57,100 bases of DNA from an uncultured bacterium (GTDB lineage: Bacteria > Muiribacteriota > UBA6191). This document shows, in pieces, positions 1 to 10,210 of this stretch (position 1 is its first letter; each line of letters begins with the position of its first letter). The stretch spans positions 1 through 57,100 of the forward strand of contig CAZDAM010000007.1 in the NCBI GenBank assembly GCA_964503595.1, given 5' to 3'. Below the pieces are notes generated by a model that saw only the letters and a program-made list of their open reading frames with translations, did not search any database and was not told the DNA's origin. A program made the position numbers and the translations under genes.

Positions 1-3000
1 TATATCCTCCCGGATGAAGCCGTATTTGCCCTGTCCACCAAAACCATCACGGAAGGCAGTGATGGAGGTAACCAGCCGGTTCAGATTACCGTCCGCCGGG
101 ATGGCAATACCACCGGAGCAGCTTCGGTAAACTGGGCTTTGACATTCCAGAGCAATGGAACCGCCGCTCAGGATTCCCTTTCCGATTCTACCGACTGGTA
201 CAAGGCAGAAGCTGCCGATTTTGCAGCTGGTCAGGCTTTCTCCGGGACCCTGAACTTTGCGGATGGAGAAAGCAGCAAGACTATCGATCTGAATGTCCTG
301 AATGACACCGTTGGAGAAACCTGGTTTGAGCACTTTCTGGTCACTCTCAGCAATGCCCAGGCTGGTGCCGGATCCGGAAACATTGCCATCAGCACAAAGG
401 AAGGAAGTCTGGCCTATGTCATTCTGGATGATGACAAAAATGATGCCACCAATATTCCAACCTTCTCGGTCACGGCCAACAAGTCCTCTGAGTATGAAGG
501 AACCAATTCCGGCAACAATGTGACCTATACCATCACCCGTTCCGGCAATACCAACCTGAATTCCCAGGTAGCTTTCGAGTTCAGTGGAATGAGCAGCTCC
601 CTGTACAGCTTCAGTGGAGATGGGGCCAACATCACCACAAACTCCAGCCGTGGCCTTGGAGTGGTGAACTTTACAGCAGGCCAGACCAGCAAAACCGTTA
701 CGGTGAACTACACTCCAGATAAAGTCGTGGAATCGGATATTACAACGACTTTCAAGCTTTTGGATCCGGCCCCTTATCAGCAGGGCAGCCTGAATCCATC
801 CACCTTTTACAACAATCACATCCTCGGTTATACCCAGATTGCTGATATCGGACCCGGACGGATTGATGCCAACCATAACACCGTTACCGTCATCCAGAAG
901 AATGATGATATCCGGCTATGGGTTTCCGGTTACTCCGGTACCAGCCCAAGACTGACCTCCTCAGAAGGCGACCCCTTCACCTTCACCATTACCCGGGCAG
1001 GCAGAACTGACAACGCTATCACCATCAACTACACCATTGCCAACTCCGGCAGCCCAAGTACAAGCAATTCCGACTTCACCCAGATGAACGGAACCATTAC
1101 GCTTGCTGCCAATCAGAGTTCGGTCAATGTCTCTTTGGATATCTTCAACAAAGACTCAAGCATTGAAAGCAGCACAGAACGATTCACCATTCAGCTCTCA
1201 AGCTCGGATCAGCATGTCCGCTTTGGAGATAGCTCAACAAGCACGAATCTGCCTCAGAATGCCACCTTCAATGCCGGGATTCTGGATGATGACAACGTCT
1301 ACAGTATCACCACGACCACTTCTTCCATTGTGGAAAAAGATTCTGGTGGCACCGAAGCCATCAAGGTCAAACTGGTTCGCCAGGATAGCACCACTGGCTA
1401 CCAGGGAGCCGTCAGCGTTCGGTACCGTCTGGAAGGAACCGGGACCAATTCCGCATCCGCCGATGATTTGACCACAGGCTTCACAACCGGAACATTCAGT
1501 CTTGCCGCCAACGAAACGGAAAAGGAATTTACCCTGAATATCGTTCAGGGCGATCTGAAAGTCGAAAACAACGAGACCTTCAAGCTGGTTCTGGAAGCCG
1601 TGACTTCTGGCAAAGGCACCATTCACAGCTCCGCAGCCTCCAATTCCCAGACCTTTACCATCCAGAACAATGATACCGGGATCAGCATTGCCGATGCCCA
1701 GATCACCGAAGGCAATACAGATAAAACCATCACCTTTACCGTGACCCGCAGCGGAGATTTGAGTGCTACCTCGGCCATGAACTGGGCCTTGTCTCATGGC
1801 ACGACAACAGCTTCCGACTTCACTGGAGACATAGACGGAACTCTGAATTTTGCCGCCAACGAAAATACAAAGCAGATTACACTCACCGTAAAGGCCGATG
1901 AGATTGGCGAGAGCAATGAGACTTTTACAATCCAGCTGTCCTCTTTCAACAATATTGATGATCCGATTCGGGCTACTGCCACCGGAACCATCAACAATGA
2001 TGACAGTACTTTCGCCATTCAGGCGAGCGAAGTCAGTGTTAATGAAAATGGAGGGAATGCCACCTTCACGGTAACCAGGACGCACGCTACAGTTCAGAAC
2101 CAGACCCTGAATTATGCGATCACCGGTACCGGCAGCAATCCTGCCAATGCCCAGGATTTTGGCGGCACTCTTCCGACCGGTACCATTACCTTTAGCGGAA
2201 ATGAACTCTCCAGAACCATCACAATTCCCATCCAGAATGATGCCAATGCCGAACTCGACGAATCCTTCAAAATCACTCTGACAACCGGTACCGGTGCCAG
2301 TGGTGATTCCATTACCAGAGCAGAACAGACCGGGGTCATTGTCAATGACGACAGCGGGATCCATGTCGTTTTGAACCCTTCAACCATCGAAGAAGGCAGT
2401 GATGGAAGCAAGGATCTGACCTTCCAGGTCGTCAGGAGTGGATCAGCCGCAGGAACCGCATCTGTGGACTGGGACCTGAATTTTACGGGCCAGACGGCCA
2501 CCAGTGCTGATTTTACGGGTACTCAGAATGGAACCGTTCAGTTTGCTGCGGGCGAGGCCACCAAATCGGTAACTCTCAAGCTGGTTGCCGATTCGATTGT
2601 GGAAAGTGATGAGACTTTCCAGATTGTTCTGTCTAACGCTGCCGGAGCTCCCATCATTGCCACTAACACAGACGGAGTCATCAAAAATGATGATGCCAAT
2701 TTAAGTGTTGCCCAGAATGTTCAGATTACAGAAGGGAATACTGGCAATACCCAGGCAACCTTTACCGTAACCCGTTCCGGAAGCGTGGATCATGCTGGAA
2801 CTGTCGGCTGGAGGGTGCTTGCCGGAACAGCCACGGCAGCAGATTTTGTTGGAGGAAACCTCCCGTCCGGGACCTTGAATTTTGCTTCTGGAAGCTCTAC
2901 TCAGGACATCACATTCTTTCTGGCTACCGATTCTGTACTGGAAGGGAATGAAACGTTCGAGGTCGAGCTTTTCAATGCTTCAAACGGTCAGACTATCTCT

Positions 3001-5691
3001 CAGGCAAAGAGCACCGGGACCATCGTGAATGATGATGCCGGTTACGAAATCATTCTGCCCCAGAGCATCAGTGAGGGTACTGGTAGCAATACAACCCTGA
3101 CAGCCACCATCAAACGTACCGGAAACCTGAACCAGACCGGCACGGTTAAATGGGCTTTGGACGCATCTTCAACTGCCGTTGCTGCCGACTTTGTGGGAGC
3201 AACCAGCGGAACTGCCAATTTTGCTGCGAATCAGGCCGAAGTTCAGGTTCAGCTGACCCTGGCCGGAGATCGGGATGTGGAAAGTAACGAGGCTGTAAAA
3301 CTGACCCTAAGCGATGCTTCCACAGGTCACTCGATCACAACAGCCACTGCCTCCAGCACCATCACCAACGACGACTCCGATATTACTCTTCAGGCCGTAA
3401 CCGCATCGGTTCATGAAGGAGACAGTACCGGTGGCCAGATTGTCATGAAAGTAAGCCGGACCGGCTCAACGGCTACGGCTGAAACTCTGAACTGGACAGT
3501 TCTTGCCGGAACAGCAAATGCCCAGGATTTTCCCAATGGGACTCTTCCCACGGGAACGGTCACATTAAATGCCGGGGAAGCCAGCAAGGAATTCACCATT
3601 ACCCTGAATCCTGATTTCACCTTTGAAACAGATGAGACTTTCAAGGTCCAGATCAGCGGGAATTCCTCTGGAAGCGATATTCTGGTCAATGAGGCTACCG
3701 CGACCATTCTGGCAGATGATGATGAAATCAGTCTGAGCCAGAATGCCCTATCCAAGGACGAAGGTACTTCAGACAACGGATTCACATCCTTTCGTTATAC
3801 CGTCACCCGCTCCAATGGAGTCGGGGCAACCAGTGTCAACTGGTCTGTAGCTGGCCAGGGAGATCACGCTGCGGATGCCAGTGACTTTGTCGCAACTTCC
3901 GGGACCGTTCAGTTTGCCAATGGAGAAACCAGCAAGGAAATTGAAATCGCCGTGAAGCCGGATTCCGTTGCCGAGTACAACGAATCTTTCATTCTAAGCC
4001 TCAATTCTCCCGCCAATGGTTCTACCCTCAAAGCTGGCGCATCCAGTGTCACATCCACAATCGTAAATGACGAACCAGCCCTCATTCTAAGAGCCCTGGA
4101 CGCTTCGGCCAACGAAGGAAACTCCTTTGGCAGCGCCATGCGCTTTGAAATCACCCGAACCGGAAACCTTTCAGCAGCCACAACCGCAAGCTGGAATGTA
4201 ACCGGATCCGGAACCCATGCAGCCGATCGCAATGATTTCGGAGGCTTTTTACCAGGGGGACAGATTAATTTTGCTCCCGGAGAAAGTTCAAAAATCATTT
4301 ATGTCGGAGTCAGGGGTGACACCATTGCCGAAACCGATGAAACCTTCAAGGTTGAGTTGAGTAACATCAACGGAGCTTCTGTTCTGGAAGGTAGCACCCA
4401 GGGCACCATTACCAATGATGATGCCGGAATTCAGGCCATTGCCCTGACTCCTTCCCAGCTTGAAGGCAGTGGAACCAACACAGCCTTCCAGTTCAAGATT
4501 GAAGCTCTGGGACCGGTAAACTCCAATATCACTGCCAACTGGAAAATCGTGGGGACCGGAGATCATGCTGCCGGAACCGATGATTTTATCGGAGGGGTTC
4601 TGCCTTCCGGCAGCGTGACCCTGAATGCCGGACATACCAGCGAAACCATCTCCATCAACGTCATTGGAGACAGTCAGTTCGGCCCCAATGAAGCCTTCCG
4701 GCTGGTTCTGGAAAATGTCCAGGGTGCTCAGCTGATTCAGACGGACACCACCAGCACCATTCAGGATGATGACAGTATCATTGGATTCAAAACCACCCAG
4801 GTTGAACACCTGGAAGGAAACAGCGGTTCTGTATCCTACTCCTACGATGTAGAGAGAACCGGCTATCTGAATCATGCTGCAACTGTCCACTGGAAAGTGG
4901 TCGCAGTCGATGGAAGCGGGCTTGAAGGATCGGACTTCATCGGTGGAAATCTGCCCACAGGGACGCTGAATTTTGCTTCCGGAGATGGGCTGGAAACCAT
5001 TCAGTTCCAGATTCAGGGAGACACCCTGGCCGAAGGTCATGAAAAATTCAAGATTGAGCTTTACGATCCTTCCAATGGAGCTTCCCTCAATCCGGAAAAG
5101 GCCGAAGCCAATGGAACCGTGACCAACGACGATCAGGCTCTTCAGATCGTTGCCGTGGACGGTACCCACAAGGAAGGCAACGATTTCTCGGATCCCTTCA
5201 CCTTTGATGTCTTCCGCTCGGGCAAGGTCGATGCTTCCATGGAAGTCAGCTGGAAAATCGTGGCTATCAACGGGCAAAGCACTCCTGATGCCAATGATTT
5301 CTCAACACCCATGAGTGGCACTTTCACCTGGCAGGCCAATGAAACCAGCCATCGCATCACCCTGCAGGCAATTGGGGATACTCTGGCCGAAGCTGATGAG
5401 CACTTTGCCATCGAAGTCAGTGCCACCGGAGTCCAGTCCTCAAGTGCCAATGGCGTAATTCAGAACGATGATCAGGCAGCAGCCCGCCTCAGATGGAGCG
5501 AGCACACTTCCGGATCCCATGAGCTTGTACAGAATGCCGAGGTCTCCATGGCCACTTCCGAGGATTTAGCCGGGACTGACCACGACAGTGGAACCTATGC
5601 TATTTTCCTTTCCATGAGTGAAACCCATCACAGTCATGATGATGCGTTCACAAGCGTGGACGATGATGATCCAAATCATCCAGGAGCCTGA
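1..5691 (+). CDS. Giant Calx-beta repeat protein, probable type I-secreted adhesin (5'-partial)
   Basis: Frame 1 is open from base 1 (YILPDEAVFALSTKTITEG...), so the TTG at 139 is not the real start. I count 15 units of about 115 aa with EG...FTVTR.G...V.W...A...DF...G..G.L.F..GE..K.I...D...E..E.F.V.L, each ending I-x-N/D-D-D. Lies directly upstream of T1SS ABC and MFP genes. Confidence 0.88.
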   Translation, partial: YILPDEAVFALSTKTITEGSDGGNQPVQITVRRDGNTTGAASVNWALTFQSNGTAAQDSLSDSTDWYKAEAADFAAGQAFSGTLNFADGESSKTIDLNVLNDTVGETWFEHFLVTLSNAQAGAGSGNIAISTKEGSLAYVILDDDKNDATNIPTFSVTANKSSEYEGTNSGNNVTYTITRSGNTNLNSQVAFEFSGMSSSLYSFSGDGANITTNSSRGLGVVNFTAGQTSKTVTVNYTPDKVVESDITTTFKLLDPAPYQQGSLNPSTFYNNHILGYTQIADIGPGRIDANHNTVTVIQKNDDIRLWVSGYSGTSPRLTSSEGDPFTFTITRAGRTDNAITINYTIANSGSPSTSNSDFTQMNGTITLAANQSSVNVSLDIFNKDSSIESSTERFTIQLSSSDQHVRFGDSSTSTNLPQNATFNAGILDDDNVYSITTTTSSIVEKDSGGTEAIKVKLVRQDSTTGYQGAVSVRYRLEGTGTNSASADDLTTGFTTGTFSLAANETEKEFTLNIVQGDLKVENNETFKLVLEAVTSGKGTIHSSAASNSQTFTIQNNDTGISIADAQITEGNTDKTITFTVTRSGDLSATSAMNWALSHGTTTASDFTGDIDGTLNFAANENTKQITLTVKADEIGESNETFTIQLSSFNNIDDPIRATATGTINNDDSTFAIQASEVSVNENGGNATFTVTRTHATVQNQTLNYAITGTGSNPANAQDFGGTLPTGTITFSGNELSRTITIPIQNDANAELDESFKITLTTGTGASGDSITRAEQTGVIVNDDSGIHVVLNPSTIEEGSDGSKDLTFQVVRSGSAAGTASVDWDLNFTGQTATSADFTGTQNGTVQFAAGEATKSVTLKLVADSIVESDETFQIVLSNAAGAPIIATNTDGVIKNDDANLSVAQNVQITEGNTGNTQATFTVTRSGSVDHAGTVGWRVLAGTATAADFVGGNLPSGTLNFASGSSTQDITFFLATDSVLEGNETFEVELFNASNGQTISQAKSTGTIVNDDAGYEIILPQSISEGTGSNTTLTATIKRTGNLNQTGTVKWALDASSTAVAADFVGATSGTANFAANQAEVQVQLTLAGDRDVESNEAVKLTLSDASTGHSITTATASSTITNDDSDITLQAVTASVHEGDSTGGQIVMKVSRTGSTATAETLNWTVLAGTANAQDFPNGTLPTGTVTLNAGEASKEFTITLNPDFTFETDETFKVQISGNSSGSDILVNEATATILADDDEISLSQNALSKDEGTSDNGFTSFRYTVTRSNGVGATSVNWSVAGQGDHAADASDFVATSGTVQFANGETSKEIEIAVKPDSVAEYNESFILSLNSPANGSTLKAGASSVTSTIVNDEPALILRALDASANEGNSFGSAMRFEITRTGNLSAATTASWNVTGSGTHAADRNDFGGFLPGGQINFAPGESSKIIYVGVRGDTIAETDETFKVELSNINGASVLEGSTQGTITNDDAGIQAIALTPSQLEGSGTNTAFQFKIEALGPVNSNITANWKIVGTGDHAAGTDDFIGGVLPSGSVTLNAGHTSETISINVIGDSQFGPNEAFRLVLENVQGAQLIQTDTTSTIQDDDSIIGFKTTQVEHLEGNSGSVSYSYDVERTGYLNHAATVHWKVVAVDGSGLEGSDFIGGNLPTGTLNFASGDGLETIQFQIQGDTLAEGHEKFKIELYDPSNGASLNPEKAEANGTVTNDDQALQIVAVDGTHKEGNDFSDPFTFDVFRSGKVDASMEVSWKIVAINGQSTPDANDFSTPMSGTFTWQANETSHRITLQAIGDTLAEADEHFAIEVSATGVQSSSANGVIQNDDQAAARLRWSEHTSGSHELVQNAEVSMATSEDLAGTDHDSGTYAIFLSMSETHHSHDDAFTSVDDDDPNHPGA

Positions 5692-5694
5692 TCC

Positions 5695-7350
5695 TTGAAA
5701 TTTTCGGACCTGTTTCGGGTCACCCCGATGCTGATGGCAGAACTGCTTCTGAGCAGTGCCGCCATCAGCATTCTGGGGCTGGCCACCTCGGTATATTCGA
5801 TCATGATTCTAAGGCGCTATGTGGGCCTTGGGATCGATACAACCCTTTACACCCTGACCAGTGGAGTCCTGCTGGCGATCCTGTTTGAAAACCTGCTTCG
5901 CAGAGCTCGCAATGCCTTGCTTGAGAACTGGCAGCAAAAACGGGATCTCAGGGATTCCTCCCTTCTTCTGAGTGGCTTCGGCCTCAGCCGCTATGAGGTT
6001 CTGGAAGAACTCAATCCGGCCGAAAAGCGGGAAATCCTGGCCGCACCTTCTCAGATCAGTCAGGCCTTCTCCCCTTCCAATCTCTCAGCCATTCTGGATG
6101 CTCCCTTTGCCTGCCTCTACCTATTGGTCCTGACTGCGGCCTGTCCACCGATTGGAGCCATGACCACACTGGCCGTGTTTTTCTCCCTGCTGGTATCACT
6201 GGCCGGTATGCAGATTCTGAAGACTCCCGCGGAAAGTGTTGCCCGCCTGACCTCAAGAGCTGCCATCATCGGACATTTTCTGTCCCAGTCCGGAGAAACC
6301 CTGAGAGCTTTCCGGGCTCTGCCCATTCTCAAGAATGCCTGGACAGACAGCCAGGATGCTTCTACAGATGCCCGTAGAGATCTTCTCAAGAAGCAATCCG
6401 TCCTCCAGCAGATCGGGGCTGTTCTGGCATCCCTTCTGTCAGTCATGACCTATGCCATCGGAGCCCTTCAGGTTGTGGCAGGCAGTCTTGATATCGGAAC
6501 CCTGATTGGCCTGAGCATTCTGTCTTCGCGCTGCTTCCAGACTTTTAACCGTATCACCTCGATGTCCGAAACCATGGCCAAGGCCCGCCGCTCCCTCAAG
6601 GCCCTGAACCGCCTAAGAGAGATGGAACTCGAACCCCAGAAAGGACTGGTTCCTCAATTCATTGAGGGCCATCTGGAACTCATCTCCATCTCCCTGAGCT
6701 TTCCCCTTCATCCATTGCCTGTCTTTGAAAACCTCAATCTGAAGATCCCTGCCGGAGGAATTCTTGCCGTGCAGGGGCCCAACGGCTCAGGCAAGACTTC
6801 TTTGATGCGGCTTCTCTGTGGTCTTCGCTCTCCAGGCGGAGGCATGATGAAAGTCGATGGCATGGAACTGCGCCAGATTGTGCCGGACTGGTGGCGCTCC
6901 CAGGTTGCCTATGTTCCCCAGGATCTGCACTTTTTTGAGGGCACTCTCAAGGAAAACCTGACTGCCCGGCAGCCTGATATTTCGGACGAGGAGCTTCTCA
7001 GGATCTGTGCCTTATGTGATCTGGTTTCCTTTCTTCAGTCAAGACCGGAAGGACTGGGCCTTAAGATTCAGAGCCAGGCTCAGGATCTGCCCGCCGGAAT
7101 TCGCCGCCGGATGGCCCTGACACGGGCTCTGGTTGGTTCCAGCCAGATGATTTTCATGGATGAACCCACCGAAGGACTTGATCCGGCCGGAATTCAGGCC
7201 GTAGCAGCCATCCTGAACCATCTCGCCTCCCAGAAGAAAACCATTGTGATTGCTGGCAATGAACCCTTCATTCTGAACTCCGCCGACTGGGTTCTGGCAC
7301 TGGAAAACGGCCCCGGCCACAGGCTTCTGGTAAGGGAGAAGAAGGAATGA
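5695..7350 (+). CDS. Type I secretion system ABC transporter (TMD + NBD, no C39 domain)
   Basis: N-terminal TM helices; Walker A GPNGSGKTS; Q-loop YVPQ; Walker B IFMDEP; atypical signature LPAGI; TTG start 3 bp after the adhesin stop. Confidence 0.88.
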   Translation: MKFSDLFRVTPMLMAELLLSSAAISILGLATSVYSIMILRRYVGLGIDTTLYTLTSGVLLAILFENLLRRARNALLENWQQKRDLRDSSLLLSGFGLSRYEVLEELNPAEKREILAAPSQISQAFSPSNLSAILDAPFACLYLLVLTAACPPIGAMTTLAVFFSLLVSLAGMQILKTPAESVARLTSRAAIIGHFLSQSGETLRAFRALPILKNAWTDSQDASTDARRDLLKKQSVLQQIGAVLASLLSVMTYAIGALQVVAGSLDIGTLIGLSILSSRCFQTFNRITSMSETMAKARRSLKALNRLREMELEPQKGLVPQFIEGHLELISISLSFPLHPLPVFENLNLKIPAGGILAVQGPNGSGKTSLMRLLCGLRSPGGGMMKVDGMELRQIVPDWWRSQVAYVPQDLHFFEGTLKENLTARQPDISDEELLRICALCDLVSFLQSRPEGLGLKIQSQAQDLPAGIRRRMALTRALVGSSQMIFMDEPTEGLDPAGIQAVAAILNHLASQKKTIVIAGNEPFILNSADWVLALENGPGHRLLVREKKE

Positions 7351-8603
7351 TGAGAACCCGCCTCACCATCTGGATTCTCTCCACCACAATCCTGGCCTTC
7401 TTCATCTGGGCCTATGTAGCTCCTCTGGACATTGCCTCCCACGCTCCAGCCGAAGTCATTCCGGAAGGACAACTCAAACGAATCCAGCATCTTGAGGGAG
7501 GAATTGTTGAAAAGATCTTTGTGAAGGAAGGCGAAAAGGTAGAAGCCAATCAGCCTTTGTATGAGCTCTCTCCCACGGCATCAGATGCCACAATGGCCGA
7601 GATTGCCGTGAAAGCAGCCTCGATAGGATTCAGTATTCTGCGCCTCAGAGCTCAGCTGAAGCGGGCTCAGACCTTTGAGGTGGATCCGGCGATGATCCGG
7701 CAGTGGCCTTCCCAGCATCAGTCTGCCCTGGCAGTGTTTCAGGCGGAGAAACAGAGATTTCTTTCCGAAAAGCAGGTACATGAACTCCGTGTGGAACAAA
7801 AAGCCCAGGAAGAGCAGGAAACCCAGGCACGTCTGAATGGAATGCAAAAGCGCATGGAGCTGATTCAAAAGCAGGTTCAGATCAGTGAAAGACTTTTGAA
7901 TGAACAGCTGGTCAATGATTTTGATCACCTCAACCTCCTGAAGGAGGAAGGTCAGATTGAGGCTGAAATTCAGACTCTGAACTCTCAGCTCTCCCGTACC
8001 AAAACCGCTCTGAATGAGGCAAAAACAGCCCTTAAGAGCCTGGAGTTCAAGCACGAGGAATCCCTTCAGAAGGATCTTGCCGAAGCTTTGATTGAACAGT
8101 CTTCCCTCGATGAAAGAATGCGAAAAGTCAGCGACAGCCGGGAAAGGACCATTGTCCGCGCTCCGGTGAAAGGTACCGTCCTGAGCCTTTTCTACGTCAC
8201 TTCCGGAGGAGTCGTTCCTCCTGGTGGAACCCTTCTGACCCTGGTTCCCAACACCCAGTCCCTGATTCTGAATGCCCGGCTTCACATCGGCGATGTCGGA
8301 TTCGTTCACCCCGGTCAGAAGGTCCGCTTAAGCCTTATGTCCACGAGTATGAGCGGAATTTCTCCAATTGATGGTACGGTTCTTCATATCAGTCCGGACG
8401 CCCTCACCGATCCCAAAACCGGCCCCTACTATCTGGTCCAGATTGCCCCCACCCAGGACTATTTCGGAACCGAGGCCAACCCCTACCCTCTCAAGCCTGG
8501 CCTTCAGGTCATGGCTTCTATCCTGATTGGACAAAGAACCATTCTGGGATATTTCCTCGAACCCCTCCTCGGGGATCTGATTTATGCTCTGAATGAGCCC
8601 TGA
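7347..8603 (+). CDS. HlyD-family type I secretion membrane fusion protein
   Basis: N-terminal TM; IQHLEGGIVEKIFVKEGEKV; long coiled coil; VRAPVKGTV; ISPDA; LKPGLQV; ATGA overlap with the ABC gene. Confidence 0.92.
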   Translation: MMRTRLTIWILSTTILAFFIWAYVAPLDIASHAPAEVIPEGQLKRIQHLEGGIVEKIFVKEGEKVEANQPLYELSPTASDATMAEIAVKAASIGFSILRLRAQLKRAQTFEVDPAMIRQWPSQHQSALAVFQAEKQRFLSEKQVHELRVEQKAQEEQETQARLNGMQKRMELIQKQVQISERLLNEQLVNDFDHLNLLKEEGQIEAEIQTLNSQLSRTKTALNEAKTALKSLEFKHEESLQKDLAEALIEQSSLDERMRKVSDSRERTIVRAPVKGTVLSLFYVTSGGVVPPGGTLLTLVPNTQSLILNARLHIGDVGFVHPGQKVRLSLMSTSMSGISPIDGTVLHISPDALTDPKTGPYYLVQIAPTQDYFGTEANPYPLKPGLQVMASILIGQRTILGYFLEPLLGDLIYALNEP

Positions 8604-8660
8604 ACAATTGACAATGTAACGATAAATCCGAAAAACACCGAAAGGATCAGGCAACAGTGA

Positions 8661-8689
8661 TTTGACAGCCTGTGGATGCAGGAATAGAC
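8661..8689 (+). promoter_or_regulatory. Putative sigma70-type promoter for the SbtA-like gene
   Basis: TTGACA (8661-8666), 17 bp spacer, TAGACT (8684-8689), 31 bp upstream of the ATG at 8721. Confidence 0.55.
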
Positions 8690-8720
8690 TGCGTCAGAAC
8701 CCACTACTTCCTAAACCTTT

Positions 8721-9677
8721 ATGATTGCTTTTTTAGAAAATCTTACCAATCCGGGAGTTATTGGCTTTTCTCTGGGTGGTTTTGCTGCTTTGGTAAGAAG
8801 TGACCTGAAGGTACCGGCACCGGTTCATGATGCCCTTTCCATGGTTCTCTTGTTTGCCATTGGCTTAAAGGGCGGTATTGCCATGCGCTACGGGGCCGAT
8901 CTCCCCATGATCCAGATTCTGGCTGGCGCCGCCATTGGCCTGACCAGTCCTTTGATTGCCTACTGGATTGCTCGGCGAATCGGCCTGATGGATGTTCCCA
9001 ATGCAGCCGGAATGGCCGCAACATACGGTTCGGTTTCTGCTGTCACCTATATGGCTGGCCTTCAGTTCGCTGATACCGCCTCCCTGAAAGTGGATGCCAC
9101 CCTGCCGATCATTCTGGTCATTCTCGAGATGCTGGCTCTGATTCTGGCTTTGGGTCTGGTTTCCCGTCACAAGCCATCCGGAGGCAATCGCTTCAGGGCC
9201 GTGATTCATGAGTCCCTGTGTGGCCAGAGCATCCTTCTTCTGGTAGGTGGGCTTCTGATTGGAAGCCTCTGCACGGAAAAGGCCCTGGGAAGTCTCAAGG
9301 CAGGATTCATCATCCCGATGGAAGGCTTTCTGGTCTTTTTCCTTCTGGAACTGGGCATTCTCGCTGCCAACACTATCCGCGAAGCCCGGTCCCGTCTGCC
9401 CTTTCTGATTCCCTTTGGAACTCTGCTTCCGATTGCTCTTGGAGTTCTGGGAGTCTTCCTGGGCAAAGCCACCGGTATGGGTCCCGGAGGAGCAGCTACT
9501 CTAGGAACACTCGCAGCCAGTGGTTCCTATATTGCCGCTCCCGCCATGCTAAGAACCAGTATCCCCGAAGCCGATCCTGCCCTTTACCTGACGGCAGCAC
9601 TGGGAATTACCCTGCCCTTTAATTTAGGACTGGGAATCCCGCTTTACTTCACTTTGGCCCAAAAATGGATTGGCTAG
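8721..9677 (+). CDS. SbtA-family (DUF897) sodium-dependent bicarbonate transporter-like permease
   Basis: About 10 TM helices; SDLKVP...LLFAIGLKGG, AATYGSVSAVT, LAASGSYIAAPA, LGITLPFNL motifs typical of SbtA. Confidence 0.85.
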   Translation: MIAFLENLTNPGVIGFSLGGFAALVRSDLKVPAPVHDALSMVLLFAIGLKGGIAMRYGADLPMIQILAGAAIGLTSPLIAYWIARRIGLMDVPNAAGMAATYGSVSAVTYMAGLQFADTASLKVDATLPIILVILEMLALILALGLVSRHKPSGGNRFRAVIHESLCGQSILLLVGGLLIGSLCTEKALGSLKAGFIIPMEGFLVFFLLELGILAANTIREARSRLPFLIPFGTLLPIALGVLGVFLGKATGMGPGGAATLGTLAASGSYIAAPAMLRTSIPEADPALYLTAALGITLPFNLGLGIPLYFTLAQKWIG

Positions 9678-9838
9678 GTACATCCAGCATCAGAAGAGCC
9701 TGACAATCCGGATTCTATCGAATTTTTTAAAAATTCTGCCTAAAAGATAAAAACCTGACCCGATTTTGAACTTGAATGGGGAAAAAAGCCAACTGCCGGT
9801 ATATTGATTTCTGATGCAGTCTTTTTCATGAGGTTTTG

Positions 9839-10210
9839 ATGATTACAGTTTTTTATGATGGCAAATGCGGGTTATGCTCCAAAGAGATCGACTACTACCG
9901 CAGGATCGCACCGGCTGAAGTTTTTGACTGGCGAGACATTACCCAGTCCTGGGACGAACTCGAAGAAGCTGGAGTAAGCCTTGTCGAAGGACTGAAAGTC
10001 CTGCATGTAATGGATCACCAGGGTAACCTGCACAAAGGTGTGGATGCCTTCATACTCATCTGGAAGCAGATGAAACTGTGGCGGGTTCTGGCATCCATCG
10101 TATCCCTTCCCCTTTTTCGCCCAATCGCTGATTCTGTGTACAGCCTGTTTGCCAGATGGCGTTTCAAAAGCCTGAAACACTGTCAGATGGCCATGGAACA
10201 GGCCAAATAA
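9839..10210 (+). CDS. DCC1-like thiol-disulfide oxidoreductase family protein (DUF393)
   Basis: VFYDGKCGLC (DxxCxxC); G.DAF..IW; Y..FAR.R. ATG at 9839 preferred over TTG at 9836. Confidence 0.85.
   Translation: MITVFYDGKCGLCSKEIDYYRRIAPAEVFDWRDITQSWDELEEAGVSLVEGLKVLHVMDHQGNLHKGVDAFILIWKQMKLWRVLASIVSLPLFRPIADSVYSLFARWRFKSLKHCQMAMEQAK

Noticed and set aside
9719-9736. Near-palindrome GAATTTTTTAAAAATTC upstream of the DCC/photolyase genes
   Set aside because: Low-complexity A/T tract; could be an operator but cannot be distinguished from chance.
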